Notes: generated by a model from the letters alone, not told the origin. A stretch of 61,347 bases of DNA, filler included, from 14 parts of 14 records of this genome joined end to end with filler, not necessarily neighbours in it, one strand, 5' to 3'; counted from the first letter of the whole stretch, positions 12,142-24,738 are shown. Numbers and translations are program-made.

Positions 12142-13689
12142 ATGGCCGGCGAGTTTGACAAGAGCAAGCTGACCGGCGAGCGGTTGCCGGAGCAGCCGCT
12201 CTCTTTGGACGACGTGGTCGAGGCCTGCGGGTTCGGTTGGTTCCAGCTCCGGGCCTTTGGGGTGATCTTCGCCCAATCGGTGTTGCACGGGTTCTTACTC
12301 ACCTCGGTCACCTTCGTGTACGAGGCACTCAAGACTGAGTGGCCGATCAACGACGTTGCGATCGGGATCCAGGCCGGCTGCATATTCCTCGGCTTCCTGA
12401 TCGGGGCACTCGCCTTGGGCGCGCTGGCTGACCGGTTCGGGCGTCGGGTGGTGTTCCTAGGGGGCGAGCTGATCATCATGGCCGGCGGGCTGCTGATCTG
12501 CCTGGCGCCCACCTTCTGGGTGTTCTGCATCGGCCGGGTGGTCACCGGGGTGGGGGTGGGCGGGGTGGCTGTCACTAAGAACACACTGATCCTGGAGGTG
12601 ACGCCCTCCAAGGACCGGGCTGTACTCAACCTGCTCATCAGCGCCGTCTTCCCTCTGGGTATCATGATCAACGCGGCGGTCGGCTGGGCGATGATGCCCC
12701 CTGACGGCCGGCCGGGCAACGAGTACGCGGTATGGCGGCTGTACCTCGCAATTTCGTACCTGCCGCTGCCAGCAGTCGCACTGCTCGCACTCAAGTACCT
12801 TCCTGAGTCGCCCAGATTCCTGCTAGTCAAGGGAAAGAACGAGGAGCTGCTCAAACTAGTCCGGGAGCTAGCCGCCTCCAACAACTGCCCCGACGCCGTC
12901 CCGGAGTGCGGCTTGCTTGCGTCTAGCGAGCCGCAACTCGATAGCTCCTGGTCGGCCAGCTGCGCCCGGCTTTTCAAGGGCCGTTGGTTTGCGATCACAA
13001 CCGGGCTGTGGGTGGTCTGGTTCGCCACGGCGTATATATACTATGGTTTCATCTACGGACTGCCCAAGCTGTTTGATGACATGCACCTCAACGTGTACTT
13101 GCTGGCCATTCTGGGCTCTGTGGTGGAGTTCCCGGGAACGCTCTTCTGCCTTGTGGCTGTGGATCGGCCCGAGCTCGGGCGTCGGATGACGCTGGTGCTG
13201 CTAATGGGGTTCAACGCGCTCGTATGTTTTGTAGCGGGGTGGTATATACCCAGAGCTGGGTTCGTGACCATGGTGCTGCTAGGCCGAGCAGCGATAGGCG
13301 GGGCGTTCGGCGGAGTGTATCTGTTCACGCTCGAATTGTACCCGACCAGCGACCGCTCGTTCGCGCTCGGTGCTGGGGCAGCGATCAGCCGGGTTGGAGC
13401 GATGATCACTCCGCTGTCGAGTTTAGCTCTCTCAAAGTGGCATTGGGGGCTGCCCGTGTTGGATAACACGGCGCTAATGTGGAGCTTTACGATCATCTCG
13501 GGCGCCGCGTGCCTTGCTCTTATATTTGTCGCCGTTGAGACTTGTGGCGAGAAGCTGATCGACGGGGATGAGCAGGACCAGCCGGACCGAGCTCCGGACT
13601 ATCAGCAAGTGCCATCCGCCGACCAGCAAGCGGTTGAGTCCTCGGCGACTCCGAAAGAGCACTCCAAGTTGGATGCGGGGCCTGCGTAA
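12142..13689 (+). CDS. MFS transporter, SV2/SVOP-like, intronless
   Basis: 515 aa with about 12 TM. GALADRFGRR motif A, LPESPRFL, VDRPELGRR, YLFTLELYPTSDRS. Confidence 0.9.
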   Translation: MAGEFDKSKLTGERLPEQPLSLDDVVEACGFGWFQLRAFGVIFAQSVLHGFLLTSVTFVYEALKTEWPINDVAIGIQAGCIFLGFLIGALALGALADRFGRRVVFLGGELIIMAGGLLICLAPTFWVFCIGRVVTGVGVGGVAVTKNTLILEVTPSKDRAVLNLLISAVFPLGIMINAAVGWAMMPPDGRPGNEYAVWRLYLAISYLPLPAVALLALKYLPESPRFLLVKGKNEELLKLVRELAASNNCPDAVPECGLLASSEPQLDSSWSASCARLFKGRWFAITTGLWVVWFATAYIYYGFIYGLPKLFDDMHLNVYLLAILGSVVEFPGTLFCLVAVDRPELGRRMTLVLLMGFNALVCFVAGWYIPRAGFVTMVLLGRAAIGGAFGGVYLFTLELYPTSDRSFALGAGAAISRVGAMITPLSSLALSKWHWGLPVLDNTALMWSFTIISGAACLALIFVAVETCGEKLIDGDEQDQPDRAPDYQQVPSADQQAVESSATPKEHSKLDAGPA

Positions 13690-13924
13690 TGATAATAAAA
13701 ATTGCTGTTTTAATATGTTCAGAGAAGTATAAGAAGTGTGCAGGAGTCACATGCATATTAAAAGCACGTGATTGTTACATGATTGTGNNNNNNNNNNNNN
13801 NNNNNNNNNNNNNNNNNNNNNNNNNNNNNNNTTAATTAATTAANNNNNNNNNNNNNNNNNNNNNNNNNNNNNNNNNNNNNNNNNNNNGCTCTTCGGGCTT
13901 GAACAGGGCCGCCAGATACAAATG

Positions 13925-14950
13925 CTAGAAAGACACGCGACGAACAGCATATATGGTGCAACATCCATGATCACGGGGTCCGATGGCCTTTGCTGCCAGC
14001 TCAAACAATTTTTCACTTTGCGCCCTTACAGTCGAGCGCTTGTACTCGAGTACCCGGGTTGCTGGGCCAGTGCGGCTCTCCCTCGCCAGCAAGTAGATGA
14101 CGCTGTAGCTGACACCAAACTGATGATGAAGCTCATCAAACGCTCCCCAAACCGTGCAATGCCACGGCATACGCACACACTGCCATTCTTGCGTAGCGGG
14201 AGAGTCTCGCACAATCAAGTTGTACGTGTTCTCTACCCCCGCCAGCAGCGAGCCGTCCGATAGCGCGTAGGGCTCCAGCTCGCCAGCTGGGCGGCCAGCC
14301 AGCGCGAGCTCGGCATATAGCTGATCATCGAGCATTGCCATGTGCATTGCCCGCTTGTGCTCGTGCTGCATCTCTGCCCACAACTTCGATTTGAGGTCCG
14401 AACTCTCCTGTGACAGTTCCTCGGTCCACCCCTCCTCAGTCGCCCTGTTCCATACTTGTTTGAGCCGTAGGTTAGCCTGTCCCTGCCGCAGCCTGGACGC
14501 CTGGTCTTCGGCCTCCAGACACGCCCTCTGGTGCTCGTACAGGGCCCATAGCGTGGATAACTCCACCTGGCTAGCCACCAGCCGGATCACCGACCGCGGG
14601 ACTTTGCCGAGCAGCGCCAGGGTGGTGCCCGTTGCCGTGGCGCTGCGCTCCGCCGCTCCGAGGCAGCATAGGCCCATCTTGGCCGGGGGGGGGACGGGGA
14701 GCGGCCTGTGCACCAGGAAGATCGTGGACTCCGGCTGCAGCCCAAGCTCCCTGTCGTTGATCCGCAGGCCGTCGGGCAACTCGTGCCCGGCGAAGATCAG
14801 CCGCTGCTCGGCCGAGGGCATCCCTTGTACCCGCTCGATCATCCGCTTCAGGTCGGCCACGGTGAGCGTGCAGCTGACGTCTGCTGGGTACGTGTCCAGC
14901 GGCAGCGTGAGCTGCGTGCCGTCGAGTTGCTTCACAATCAGCGCAGACAT
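13925..14950 (-). CDS. N-terminal ubiquitin-like domain protein
   Basis: MSALIVKQLDGTQLTL..TVADLKRMIERVQGMPSAEQRLIFAGHELPDG..LGLQPESTIFLV. Start taken at the ATG at 14950 rather than the ORF start at 15016, which overlaps the ATG of the next gene. Confidence 0.7.
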   Translation of the reverse strand: MSALIVKQLDGTQLTLPLDTYPADVSCTLTVADLKRMIERVQGMPSAEQRLIFAGHELPDGLRINDRELGLQPESTIFLVHRPLPVPPPAKMGLCCLGAAERSATATGTTLALLGKVPRSVIRLVASQVELSTLWALYEHQRACLEAEDQASRLRQGQANLRLKQVWNRATEEGWTEELSQESSDLKSKLWAEMQHEHKRAMHMAMLDDQLYAELALAGRPAGELEPYALSDGSLLAGVENTYNLIVRDSPATQEWQCVRMPWHCTVWGAFDELHHQFGVSYSVIYLLARESRTGPATRVLEYKRSTVRAQSEKLFELAAKAIGPRDHGCCTIYAVRRVSF

Positions 14951-15014
14951 TGAGCCGTTTGAGATGCTGTTTCGATCCAAGGCTTCGGTTGTTGATTCGG
15001 TTGCACGTTTTCTC

Positions 15015-16099
15015 ATGGCTGCTTTGAGGCAAGGGCTTTGCGAGCGGGGGGCGAGCTGAGCGCGGGGCGTCAGGTGGGTGCTGCTGCTGTGCGTGCTTGC
15101 GGTGGACGCGTTTGATTGGGCGCTTCTGGGCTTTTATTACTTTACCGGCGGCTGTAACGAGGGAACCGTCTCCTTCCACGGCTACTTCAAGAAGACTGGG
15201 AACGACGGGGCTTGCACCAACGTGAACTTCGGTAATTACGCCTCGATCAAAGTGATCTCGAACGAAGCCATCTACGGCTATTCCGCGCAAAACTGCGCCG
15301 GAAACCCGGTGAGCCTCTCCCCCCTCGCCTGCGGCTGACCAGGCGGCGCCAGATCTGGTCAGCTGGTGACCAAGCGTGCGCTTCTACGGGCCCCTCCCCT
15401 GCAACCTATGTTAACGTTGATGACATCGGAGCCACCTCTGATGTAACCACCGCCGCGCTGTCCGAGAACCCGTATGCCGGTTATGAAACCTCAGTCAGGG
15501 TATCCGCCCGGGCCTACTCCGGAGAAGAGCCCCGGGCCAGGTAGAGGAATGGAGTCCGAAGAAGTACGACACCGGGGTCCACAACTTCCAGCTTGTGGGG
15601 TCAACAACCAATCTGCCTTCCGCAGGCTCATGCCAAGTCGAGGAGGGTGATAACAGCTACGCGGACATGCCATATTACCGGCTGCAATATTGCTACATGA
15701 TCGGCCCCAACACCTGGGGCAAGGTACAGGGCTGCGATACCCAGTACGGGACTGGCGCCAAGTTCAATGAATTCACTGCAGCCGAGGGCTTTTACTTTCT
15801 CCCTTACGCAGACGCTGATTGCAGCCAGACAGTTGATCCTGAGTGCAATTTTGAAGGCCCCTCAATCAACTGCATGACAGGCCAGCGACTCGCCTCGGGG
15901 TGCAATGTCGCGTTCGCGGACAACGCCGCGTTCCCGTGGCCGATGGCCTCTGATGCCTTTTGCTACGTGAACTCTGCAGTCCAGCTGAGCGGCATCTCAG
16001 GTGCCGAGTCTAAGCTTTGCCCCCGACTGAACTCTGGCGGGCGCAGGGCTTCTGCTGGCGGCCCTGGCCGTTGCGCTGGTCAACGTTGTAGGGTTTTGA
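15015..16099 (+). CDS. Cys-rich secreted, probably GPI-anchored surface protein, several introns
   Basis: Signal peptide MAALR|WVLLLCVLAVDA needs GC-AG intron 15029-15073, which holds an in-frame TGA. Cys-rich body. The last intron gives the hydrophobic tail NSAVQLSGISGLLLAALAVALVNVVGF*. Confidence 0.6.
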
Positions 16100-16242
16100 G
16101 TTGCCTTGATGACAAAGTTGCTGTGCTGCGAGTACCAAAGGTTGCGTGGCAAGCTTTTTATTCTCCTTTATTACATTAGATCTAGATCCGAACGATTAGG
16201 ATTAGCTGAGAGCTACCAATACAGTTCACCTGGCTCGGTCCG

Positions 16243-17305
16243 CTATCTAGTTGATTCGTCGGTGGCCGTGTGATGAACCACATCGGTGATGGTGGCCACA
16301 TCCCCGCTGATCTCGAAACTCACCCTCAAATTGTCAAATCTGAACTGATGCGTGTCAACCGCACTCGAGTTCCTCTTATGTGCCGACCGGATATCAATCT
16401 GCGCCACCTGGCACCCAGAATCTGATCGGCCAGGGTCGGCCACACCTCTAGGATCGCCGCTCGGAGCTCCGTCTGGCTCTCATAAAACTCGAGCCCCGCC
16501 AGTCGCAGCTCGTCCAGCTGCCGATCAGCCGACTCTCCAAACCGAGCGCTCAGCCCCCGCCCGAGCGACACGTCCTGGCCGGGGTCCGGGATCCAGTCGG
16601 GGGTGACGGCGCTGGGCAGTGCGTCCGACCAGGGCAGGTACGGCTTAATATCAAGTATCGGGGTCCCATCTACCAAGTCCACCCCAGCCAGCTCGATCAA
16701 CCCGCGCTTGGAGTCCACGGCCCGCATGCGGGCGGTCGAGATCCCGATCGGGTTGGGCCGGTGCGGCGATCGTGTCGAGAACACGCCCACCCGCCTCTTA
16801 GCTCCGGCTGCAGCGGCCAGCCGGGGAGGCGCCACCTTTCCCTTTACCTTGGAGCGGTGCTGGCCGGTCCCGGCGGCCCGCTTGGCCAGCCCAGTGTCCT
16901 GCTGGCCCGGTGAGTCGGCCCGGGAGGTCCGGCACCAGATGGAACACGAACAAGAGCCACACGTGCGAAAAGTCCTCCAGGTCTGCAAGCCCCTCGCTAG
17001 GGTTCGCTACGCGCAGCCGGGCCCTGCCGTGCGGCACCAGCTCGCCCTGCCTGTTCAGCCGCTCACCCAGCCCGGCAGAGCCGGCGCCTGGGGGTGCCGT
17101 TGCGCTCCCGGAATGCTGACTCCAGGTGCCCGATCGGGTGCAGCTCGGTCGGCCCGGCAGACTGGTTCAAGCGGCGCTCGGCCCGGGTGCGGCCGATCCG
17201 CTCGGCCTGGAGCATCCGACGCGATCGCTCGAGCTCGGCCCGCAGCTTGCGGATCCACAGCAGACAGAGCGCGGCGAGCCCGGCGACTGCGAGTGCCCAC
17301 CTCAT
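16243..17305 (-). CDS. TRMO: tRNA (adenine(37)-N6)-methyltransferase, TsaA/TRMO family, 3 introns
   Basis: PIGHLESAFRERNGTPR|QG (GC-AG intron 17051-17087), GLADLEDFSHVWLLFVFH, GVFSTRSPHRPNPIGIS, GVDLVDGTPILDIKPY, E|VAQIDIRS. N-terminal hydrophobic anchor and coiled coil. Confidence 0.9.
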
Positions 17306-17493
17306 GCAGAGTCTCCAACAACTGAACGGAACTGAAGTGCGGCCGCGGGGACGGTTGAGTATTACGATGGTCCAGGACGAAGATTGATTGGGGNNNNNNN
17401 NNNNNNNNNNNNNNNNNNNNNNNNNNNNNNNNNNNNNTTAATTAATTAANNNNNNNNNNNNNNNNNNNNNNNNNNNNNNNNNNNNNNNNNNNN

Positions 17494-17657
17494 GCATGTC
17501 GCCGCCGAATATGGACTCTGCAGGCCAGCGATTGAGCGGCAGCCCTGGGGGAGGAGGCACCCAGTGTGCACGGAAACTCTGGGTCGGCCCATTTCTTGCC
17601 CGGGGCCAGGCCCTCGGCCACCCCGCGCCACTTGGCCACCTGGGCTTCCAGCGACAT
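17494..17657 (-). CDS. Calpain-like protease, N-terminal fragment
   Basis: KKWADPEFPCTL|ESIFGG resembles the F-x-D-P-x-F-P...S start of the CysPc domain; cut by the contig end. Confidence 0.45.
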
Positions 17658-18023
17658 CCTCTACATAAACATCGGACGGCCTGGGCTCGCGGCCGCAGCT
17701 GTTTCACAGCGCCTTCTCCTTCGCGGCTGCCCATGTGTCAGCGGCGGATGGGCGGGCCGGGGGCACCAGCGTAGGCCTCGTCGTTGGCTCGGTGGCCACC
17801 TGCTCACCACCACACAAGCAGTTGACGTAATTCGTCAAGCAGCTGTGCTGAGGTTGTTGGACACGGTCCGCTTTTGAATGGTAAGTCTACTTAGATGTGA
17901 TGACATGTATAGGAGCCTAGCTTTAGTTGCGTTCTATAGAACACTACATCAAAACGCTTTCATCTGTCCGAAAACAACGGTCGTGGCGTTTGTTTAATTA
18001 ACTAATTAATTGACGAATTTGTG

Positions 18024-18941
18024 CTAGCTATCCGGGTCGGAGTATTCTTCGTCAATGCTACACGAAAACCACATAGCCAACACGTACCGTGTCCCATTGT
18101 GCACTTTGTGCACCGTGTGCAAATTCTCGAGTCCGCCGGTAAACAGCACGAGCCGGCCAGCCTGCGGCGCCACGTATAGATCCTGCTTATCGTCTTGGAA
18201 TGAGAACAGCCCTCCGGTGAAATCCTTGGAGAGATCGCAACTGTCCGCCTTTTCGCAGTGACTGTTCAAGTAAAGCAATGCCGAATAGTCGTAGGAGTGA
18301 CGGTTGGCCTTATCCACGTGCAAGTTCCAGTACTTGTGCCCTGGCTGAAGGTTCCAGCTGTCCAGCCGCTCGATTCCTTCAATACGAGTGAACAGCGCGC
18401 CCGCGTTGTACAGCTGCTGCATCCCGAACCGCCGCTTCAGCTCGGCGAGCATGGCCTGTTGAAGCCGTTTAAACATGCCAGATCCACTCGGGCCTAGCCG
18501 CTCAGCGCTGGCCCGCGAGTCCGGCGCCAGACTGGTCTGTCCACCCTGGTGGTACAGTCCAACCATCGCGCCCTGCACGGCATGTACCAACTGATCCGCC
18601 TCGGACGGGTCGATGAACCGATCAATCACCCACCGGGCGCACTGCGAGCGATGGCTCGGGGTACAATTCCCCACCGCCCCGTAGCTCAGGTCGTACAGTC
18701 CCCACAGGCAGTCGGCCGGCAGCCGGGTCTGCTCGGACGGTCCGAGGGACACCCACGCTGCGGGCTTGGGCCGTGGGCGCTCGGTCTGCTCAATCCGTGC
18801 CGCCTGGAGCAGCTGGGCCTGTAGCCTGTCCCGATCCAGCCGCGCACCCGCGCCTGATGCCAGCACATCAGCTACCCCCTGCACCAGAGCCGCGGATACG
18901 AACACCAGACATAGCCAAACCGCACAGCGCGGGGAGATCAT
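18024..18941 (-). CDS. 2OG-Fe(II) oxygenase, OGFOD3/prolyl-hydroxylase-like, with signal or anchor sequence
   Basis: HVDKANRHSYDYSALLYLN (HxD), DFTGGLF, VAPQAGRLVLFTGGLENLHTV (distal His), GTRYVLAMWF (2OG-binding Arg). Confidence 0.85.
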   Translation of the reverse strand: MISPRCAVWLCLVFVSAALVQGVADVLASGAGARLDRDRLQAQLLQAARIEQTERPRPKPAAWVSLGPSEQTRLPADCLWGLYDLSYGAVGNCTPSHRSQCARWVIDRFIDPSEADQLVHAVQGAMVGLYHQGGQTSLAPDSRASAERLGPSGSGMFKRLQQAMLAELKRRFGMQQLYNAGALFTRIEGIERLDSWNLQPGHKYWNLHVDKANRHSYDYSALLYLNSHCEKADSCDLSKDFTGGLFSFQDDKQDLYVAPQAGRLVLFTGGLENLHTVHKVHNGTRYVLAMWFSCSIDEEYSDPDS

Positions 18942-19291
18942 GCCCCGGCTCACGCTGTGTGTGCCTCAACTCTCTCTTCACCTTCTGTCTGTCATCCGGC
19001 AACTGATCTTGTCATCCGGGCAACTGATGAAACCGAAGATAGCTCAGTGCAGCAAAGTATGTACGTACTGTATGAGCATGTGCGATCATGTACCGTACCC
19101 ACTTAGTACCCACAAACTATTGCAAAGTTCTCACAATTACAGTGCATTGCTGCACAAGTTCGCAGAAGGTTGAAATGAGATGAAATATTTATTGGGAATG
19201 CAGTGTCAACACACGGTACACGCTTCAACTATACACTAAGCTATCACCACAATTGTCCTGTTCGACATTCATTGTGACTTCAAGAGGTAGC

Positions 19292-20402
19292 TCACCGAAT
19301 GCGAGGTCGGAATGGCTCGCCTTCTGTGACCACGATCTCCATCATGTTTTCCATCTGTTCAATCGAGTGGATCGGGTGCCCGTGTATGCTATAGATCTTG
19401 CGAGCTGCCCGGGCCAAGTTGAGAGCTGCAGTAGCATCGTCCAACAGGGTACGGAATGAATGCACGAGCAATGGATATGAATCAGGCCTCACTGCACCAT
19501 CATTCCTGTAGACAATCACTCGGGGCCGACGTACATTTTGTGGCCACTTCTTGGTGCCCTTGTTCGCATTCAAATTTTGCAGACCTCGCATGGCTGCATC
19601 TGCATCGTCACCATGGCGTGAATCCCTCTTCGATTGTAGTCCAGGAACCCAAGGCCTCTCGCCATTATATGTGGGGGAAGGCTGCCCAAGTGTCAGGCTT
19701 CTGAGCTTCACGCTGCCACTTCTTTTTGTTCGAACAAGGTTGGGTCCTGTATGCCGCCGGATAGGCTTCATTTCTTCCCCAGAGGTTGCAACAAGCTCCA
19801 TGTTATTTAGCATCTGATTCAGGTAGAGCACTTCTTTACCTGTCTGCTTGATGAACAGTCGCCGGGCCGCTCTACCAAGCTGTAGCTGTGTCGAAGCCTC
19901 GTCCAATACCAGTGCCATTGAATACACCATGCATGTCCCCACACGAGCCGGGTATTCGGCCCCATCGTTCCTGACGAGGTATACTCTTGGCCTGGGTACA
20001 CCAACCGGCCATCGGCGATTGAGCTCGCCCAGCACACGTGGTGGTGGTCGGAATCTGTGATGTAAGAGCTTCGCAGGCTGGCCAGTCGCCAGCTGCTGCT
20101 GGGCATGCATGTCGCCAAACGTCATGGCATCATCCCAGGCCTCTGGTGGCATCACTGGCTCGAAAAAGGCATTCTGATCATCCACGCCAACCATTTCACC
20201 TCCCTATGAAACAAAAATCAGCAGCTGTCCGAGCAGGCAGCAACACCTCAAATCCATCGAAATCCTCGTAGTCGTGCTGAGGCGCAGCAGCCTCACCAAA
20301 CTGAAGTTCAGCTCCTGGATATTGAGCAAGCCTCCTATGTGGGTGCTCAGTCTCTTGCATCATCATATGGGGTTCATCCGGCAGGAGATTGACCCTATCC
20401 AT
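19292..20402 (-). CDS. Tandem doublecortin (DCX) domain protein, DCDC1-like
   Basis: Two repeats of RPRV..RNDG..LDxA...L.L.RAAR+l/i....G..(I/V)....M.N.ME.V.T.GE. One intron joins DGFE|GGEMVG. Start uncertain. Confidence 0.75.
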
Positions 20403-20785
20403 AGAGTGGCCACCACCAAACTGAGGAGGCCTAGCAGAAATACTTGCTGTACCATGTTTCGATGTCACGGTTACAACGCCATGCTGAGACCGAGGACTGG
20501 AAGTGGAAGGTCCAGGGAAACGACTGATCGGATGTGCAGCTTCCTTATGTGGTGCAGCTANNNNNNNNNNNNNNNNNNNNNNNNNNNNNNNNNNNNNNNN
20601 NNNNTTAATTAATTAANNNNNNNNNNNNNNNNNNNNNNNNNNNNNNNNNNNNNNNNNNNNAGCTTGTGGCTCTCCGGGCACTGCACGCGGCCGTTGTGAT
20701 GAGAGTTCGATTTCGGATCGCTCAGAGGGGTGTGCCTGCGACGATTGCGCCCACTGTGATCCCGGTCGACGCGGGCCGGCCCTCG

Positions 20786-23700
20786 ATGGAGACGGCCCGC
20801 CGGCCCAAGAATCCGTTCAACGAGCGGCAGTCCGGCCTGCGGCTCAACCCGTTCCACGTAGCCACCTACTACTTGCGCAGCCTGGCCGAGGCCGTCAAGG
20901 TCGAGGCCGGCCCGGGCAAGGAGCAAAAGTACAAGGTCTGTCGATAGCCTCGTTCGCCCATATAGGACCACCCGGTCGACAGAGCGCCTGGGCCGGCCGG
21001 CTGGCAGCTCTGACTGGTACGGCAGTTCCTTTCAAACTACTTCAAGGACCTGCCGGCCGACCTCGAGAGCCTGCTCCAGGACATCCGGAACCGCGTGGTG
21101 CGCCCGCCCGCCCGCTGCCCGGCGAGCCCCTGGGCAGCGCGAGGTGGAGCAACTGGCGGAGGAGCCGGAGAGCGACAGGCGGGCGCTGCTGCAGATGTGC
21201 GAGCAGATTCGGGACGTCGCAAAGCTGCCCCGCAGCATCTACCACCTCATGTCTTCCAGGTGGGCCCCCGGCGCGCCCGCCCGCTCACCCAGCCCTTGCA
21301 GCGACAAGCATCTGCCCAAGCAGTACGAGCACGGCGTCACCGAGCTGATCAGCGCGCTCCGAGGCTACCTGCAGGTAATCGCACGCTGCGCGCACCCTGA
21401 CCACCTAGGGTGCAGACCAAACTAGCCAGCAGCGCCCAGAGCTCCGCCAGTGGCACCACCTGCAGCGCCTGGTCGGCCCAGCCGGCGGCCCATGTCGTCT
21501 CGCCCCCAGCAGTCGAATCGTCCCAGCCCGCGGAGCCAGCGGCCTGGGAGCACCAGCCCGTGGCTGAGAGCGCCTGGCATCGTCGGGCAGATGACGGGCA
21601 GATCGTGTCTACCAGCCAGTGGGTGCAGGAGTCGATTGCCCCCAGCAGCACCGAGCCTGCCGAATACACTTCACCACCAGTTTCCGAGGCTTCCGAGGCG
21701 CTTTCATCCAGATCGATCGAGCCGTCGCCCTCGCCGGAGATCAGCCGAGCCCGCCCTCACGCGGCGCCGCGGGCAAGCAACTCGGTGGCTCCGACCTACC
21801 CACCCGAGGAGCTCAGCCAGTCGGAGCGGCGTAGCCCGTCCGAGCAGGAGAGCAGTCCACCAGCCACCGCGCGCAGCATGGTGTCTGCAATCCGATCGAT
21901 CCTGCGGCCGGACTCGCCGCCCAAGGAGAGCCGGCCTGTGTCCAAGTGGCAGCCGTCAGGGCCCGCCCAGATCGCCAAAGTCTGGTCCGATTCAGAGTCA
22001 TACAGTGAAGCGGGCTCAGCATCCATCCTGCCCGGATCTGCTGCGTCCGAAGGAGCCTCTCCGGACTACCGGGGTGAGCAGGAAGGATCTGAGCGGTCGG
22101 GGCCAGCAGAGCCGGCCGAGATAGTCGGAGGCGGCCAGACGCCCCTGGTGAAGGTGCTGGAGCTGCTCACTAGCCTTGTGTCCGCGTGCACTTCGGAGCC
22201 GGAGGACTGGCAGACAGTTGAAGGTATGCTCGGCCGGGGTGAGATGCCACGGAAGGCCGTCAGTGCCATCCGAGCGATGACGATGGAGCTGTACGAGTGC
22301 GTCCTGCACGACAGGCTAGCGCTCGCCGGCGGTGCCGCGGTGATGTGTTTCGACCGCCTCCAGGATGTGTCGGAGCTGATGGATCTATGGTCCAGAGCGG
22401 GCCGTGAAGCGCTCGACAGTGCTCAGAACCAGCTACTGGAGGCCATAGACGCCGCACTGATGCCTGTTAGAGAAGTTTCGACTGGGCAAGCGGAGGCACC
22501 ACTGAGCTACGTCGCCTGGGCCCAGTCAATCGGGCGAGCAGTGAGCCCGACGAGCGCTTCGCAAGGCTGGGGAGACCATGGATCTGCCTCTGACTCGGCT
22601 GCAGAGGAGCCCATGGATCTCGGATCGGGCGCGCCGTCGTACTGCAACAGTGGCTGTATCAGCAGCGCCAGCGAGAGCCAGACGGCCGAGCCAGTGCCTG
22701 AGCGAGCTGGACCTACCCCACGTCGTCGAGTGAGCGACTGTATCAGCAGTGCTAGCGAGAGCCAGTCTCCCACACGTTTGGCTGAGCTGGACTCCGGCGA
22801 GTTCGAGCTTCCAGCTGAACTGAGGACGCGAGGAGCAAGTGCAAGGGTTGATCACGGATCGGGCAGTGTCTCGAACAGTGTGGCGTCCTCTGCAAATACT
22901 TCGCCTTCTTTGAGCAGTCAGATGATCATGACGCTCAGCGAAGACGATTGCTTGCTGGCTGCCAGCACTCCAGAGGCAGAGTCTGTAGTCAAGGTGGTGC
23001 TCGCGAACAACCAGAATGGTCTAGTCAAGCTTCTGGGTCAGCTCGAGGCCGAAGCTGACTGTGGAGTGATGGACTCAGTCCGTGCATGCCTACTCACATT
23101 GCTGCACGCTGTCAACCTAGATATCCGCACCTTGTCTGCGACAGCTCTCAGACTGATCGCAGAGGTTCAGGGTGAGCGTCTGTTGGGGTGGGGGGAGGAC
23201 CATGCAGGACTGGACCAGGTTAGAAAGCTAGACATGGATGACTTTGGAGGCAGCCTGAAAAGTGTTGCTGGTGGAGACGGGTTCAGTCACATGCTGACTG
23301 ATGGTGGACAAGTCCTTGCATTTGGCTGCGGGGACAGAGGCCAGCTTGGGAATGGGAAGCGCACAGACCACTGGAAGCCTGTGTTGGTGGCTGGCCCGTG
23401 GGAGCAAGATAATGGAGGCATTGTGGGTCTGGATAGTGGGGAAGCACACACGCTGGCATGTGATGCAGAGGGGCGCGTGTACGGGTGGGGCGAGCTGAGT
23501 CACTGCACGGAGTTGCTTGAGGACACGGTGCCCATGGAGGTGTTAGGGATGGAGCCAGTCGCACAGGTAGCATGTGGTCTCAGCTTCTGTGCTGCTGTCA
23601 CCACTGTAGGCAAGATGTACATGTGGGGCAACAACAATCATGGTCAGCTCGGTACTGGGGACATGATGCCTCGGGATACACCATGCCTGATGATTGACAA

Positions 23701-24442
23701 GGACGGCTTCTCCGTCAGTGCAGTGGCCTGCGGCGGGCGCCACGTGATCATTGCAGACTCTGAAGGCCAGTTGTTTAGCTGGGGCTGTGGAGCCCAAGGC
23801 CAGTTGGGGCACGGCAACACTGCCAGTCTGACATGGCCTCACCCTATAGAAGTGCTCTCGGGCGTTGATGTTGTCCAGCTTGCTGCTGGCGACGGATACT
23901 CTTGTGCGATCTCTTTGGATGGCTATGTGATGTCATGGGGCGAGAATGTATGCGGCCAGCTTGGACATGGCGATCTTGAGCCGAGGTGCTGCTCTGCCCT
24001 TGCCGCACCCGAATCGTGCCTGCAGGTTTGACCCTACAGAGGTCCAACTTCTGCTTGAACAAAGTGTCTTTGCCCGGCACCTTTCATGTGGCGCTCACCA
24101 CACGGTTTGCTTAGCATTGGATGGCCGAGGCTTAGCTGGTAACCAGGTGCTGGTATCGACATCTGGAGAGCTATTTGTGTGGGGTGATGCCATCAACGGA
24201 CAGGTGAACAAATCACCCGGCTGAGGCTCATGCCGAGTTGCGCTTGTGCAGCTGGATTGTGCAGAGCTAGATGGCCAGAGTTGTATAATGGCCCCACGGA
24301 AAGTCACACTGCCAGACGACATCCCGATTGCAGCAGCCCGAGGTGGAGGTGCAAGCTCCTCGACACTGTTGGCTTGACTCAAAATTGTGTGTTGTATGCA
24401 GCTTGCGGACAGAACCATACCTGTCTACTCACTGGATTTTAG
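20786..24442 (+). CDS. RCC1-repeat (beta-propeller) protein with long Ser/Pro-rich N-terminal region, multi-exon
   Basis: Repeats such as GQVLAFGCGDRGQLGNG, VACGLSFCAAVTTVGKMYMWGNNNHGQLG, VACGGRHV..LFSWGCGAQGQLGHG, CGAHHT and ACGQNHT. The 5' exons are uncertain. Confidence 0.8.
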
Positions 24443-24738
24443 TGATGCGGCCCGTTGAGACATGGAGAAGCGCTAGAGAAGCGCGCTCCCAATTGAGCCA
24501 CAATGTAGCCACAATGCTACGCGTACATTAAAATCGTGTACATTGCTACTGTAGCAACATCCTTGAATAAAAACAATTCTGTAAGAGGACAACTGACTGC
24601 CAACACTAGTCTATAGAATGATCTACTCGTATGCTACTCGTCGTTAATTATTCACAGCCCCATTACAGATTCATTGCACACTGAAATCATGCCAGCTGAG
24701 ATAAAATAAATATACACGTATCATTCCATTAAACCGTA

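Noticed and set aside
22654-22766. Short internal duplications (CISSASESQ twice in the RCC1 protein; LLRRAAS twice in the IF2 transit peptide)
   Set aside because: Ordinary local duplications in low-complexity coding regions.
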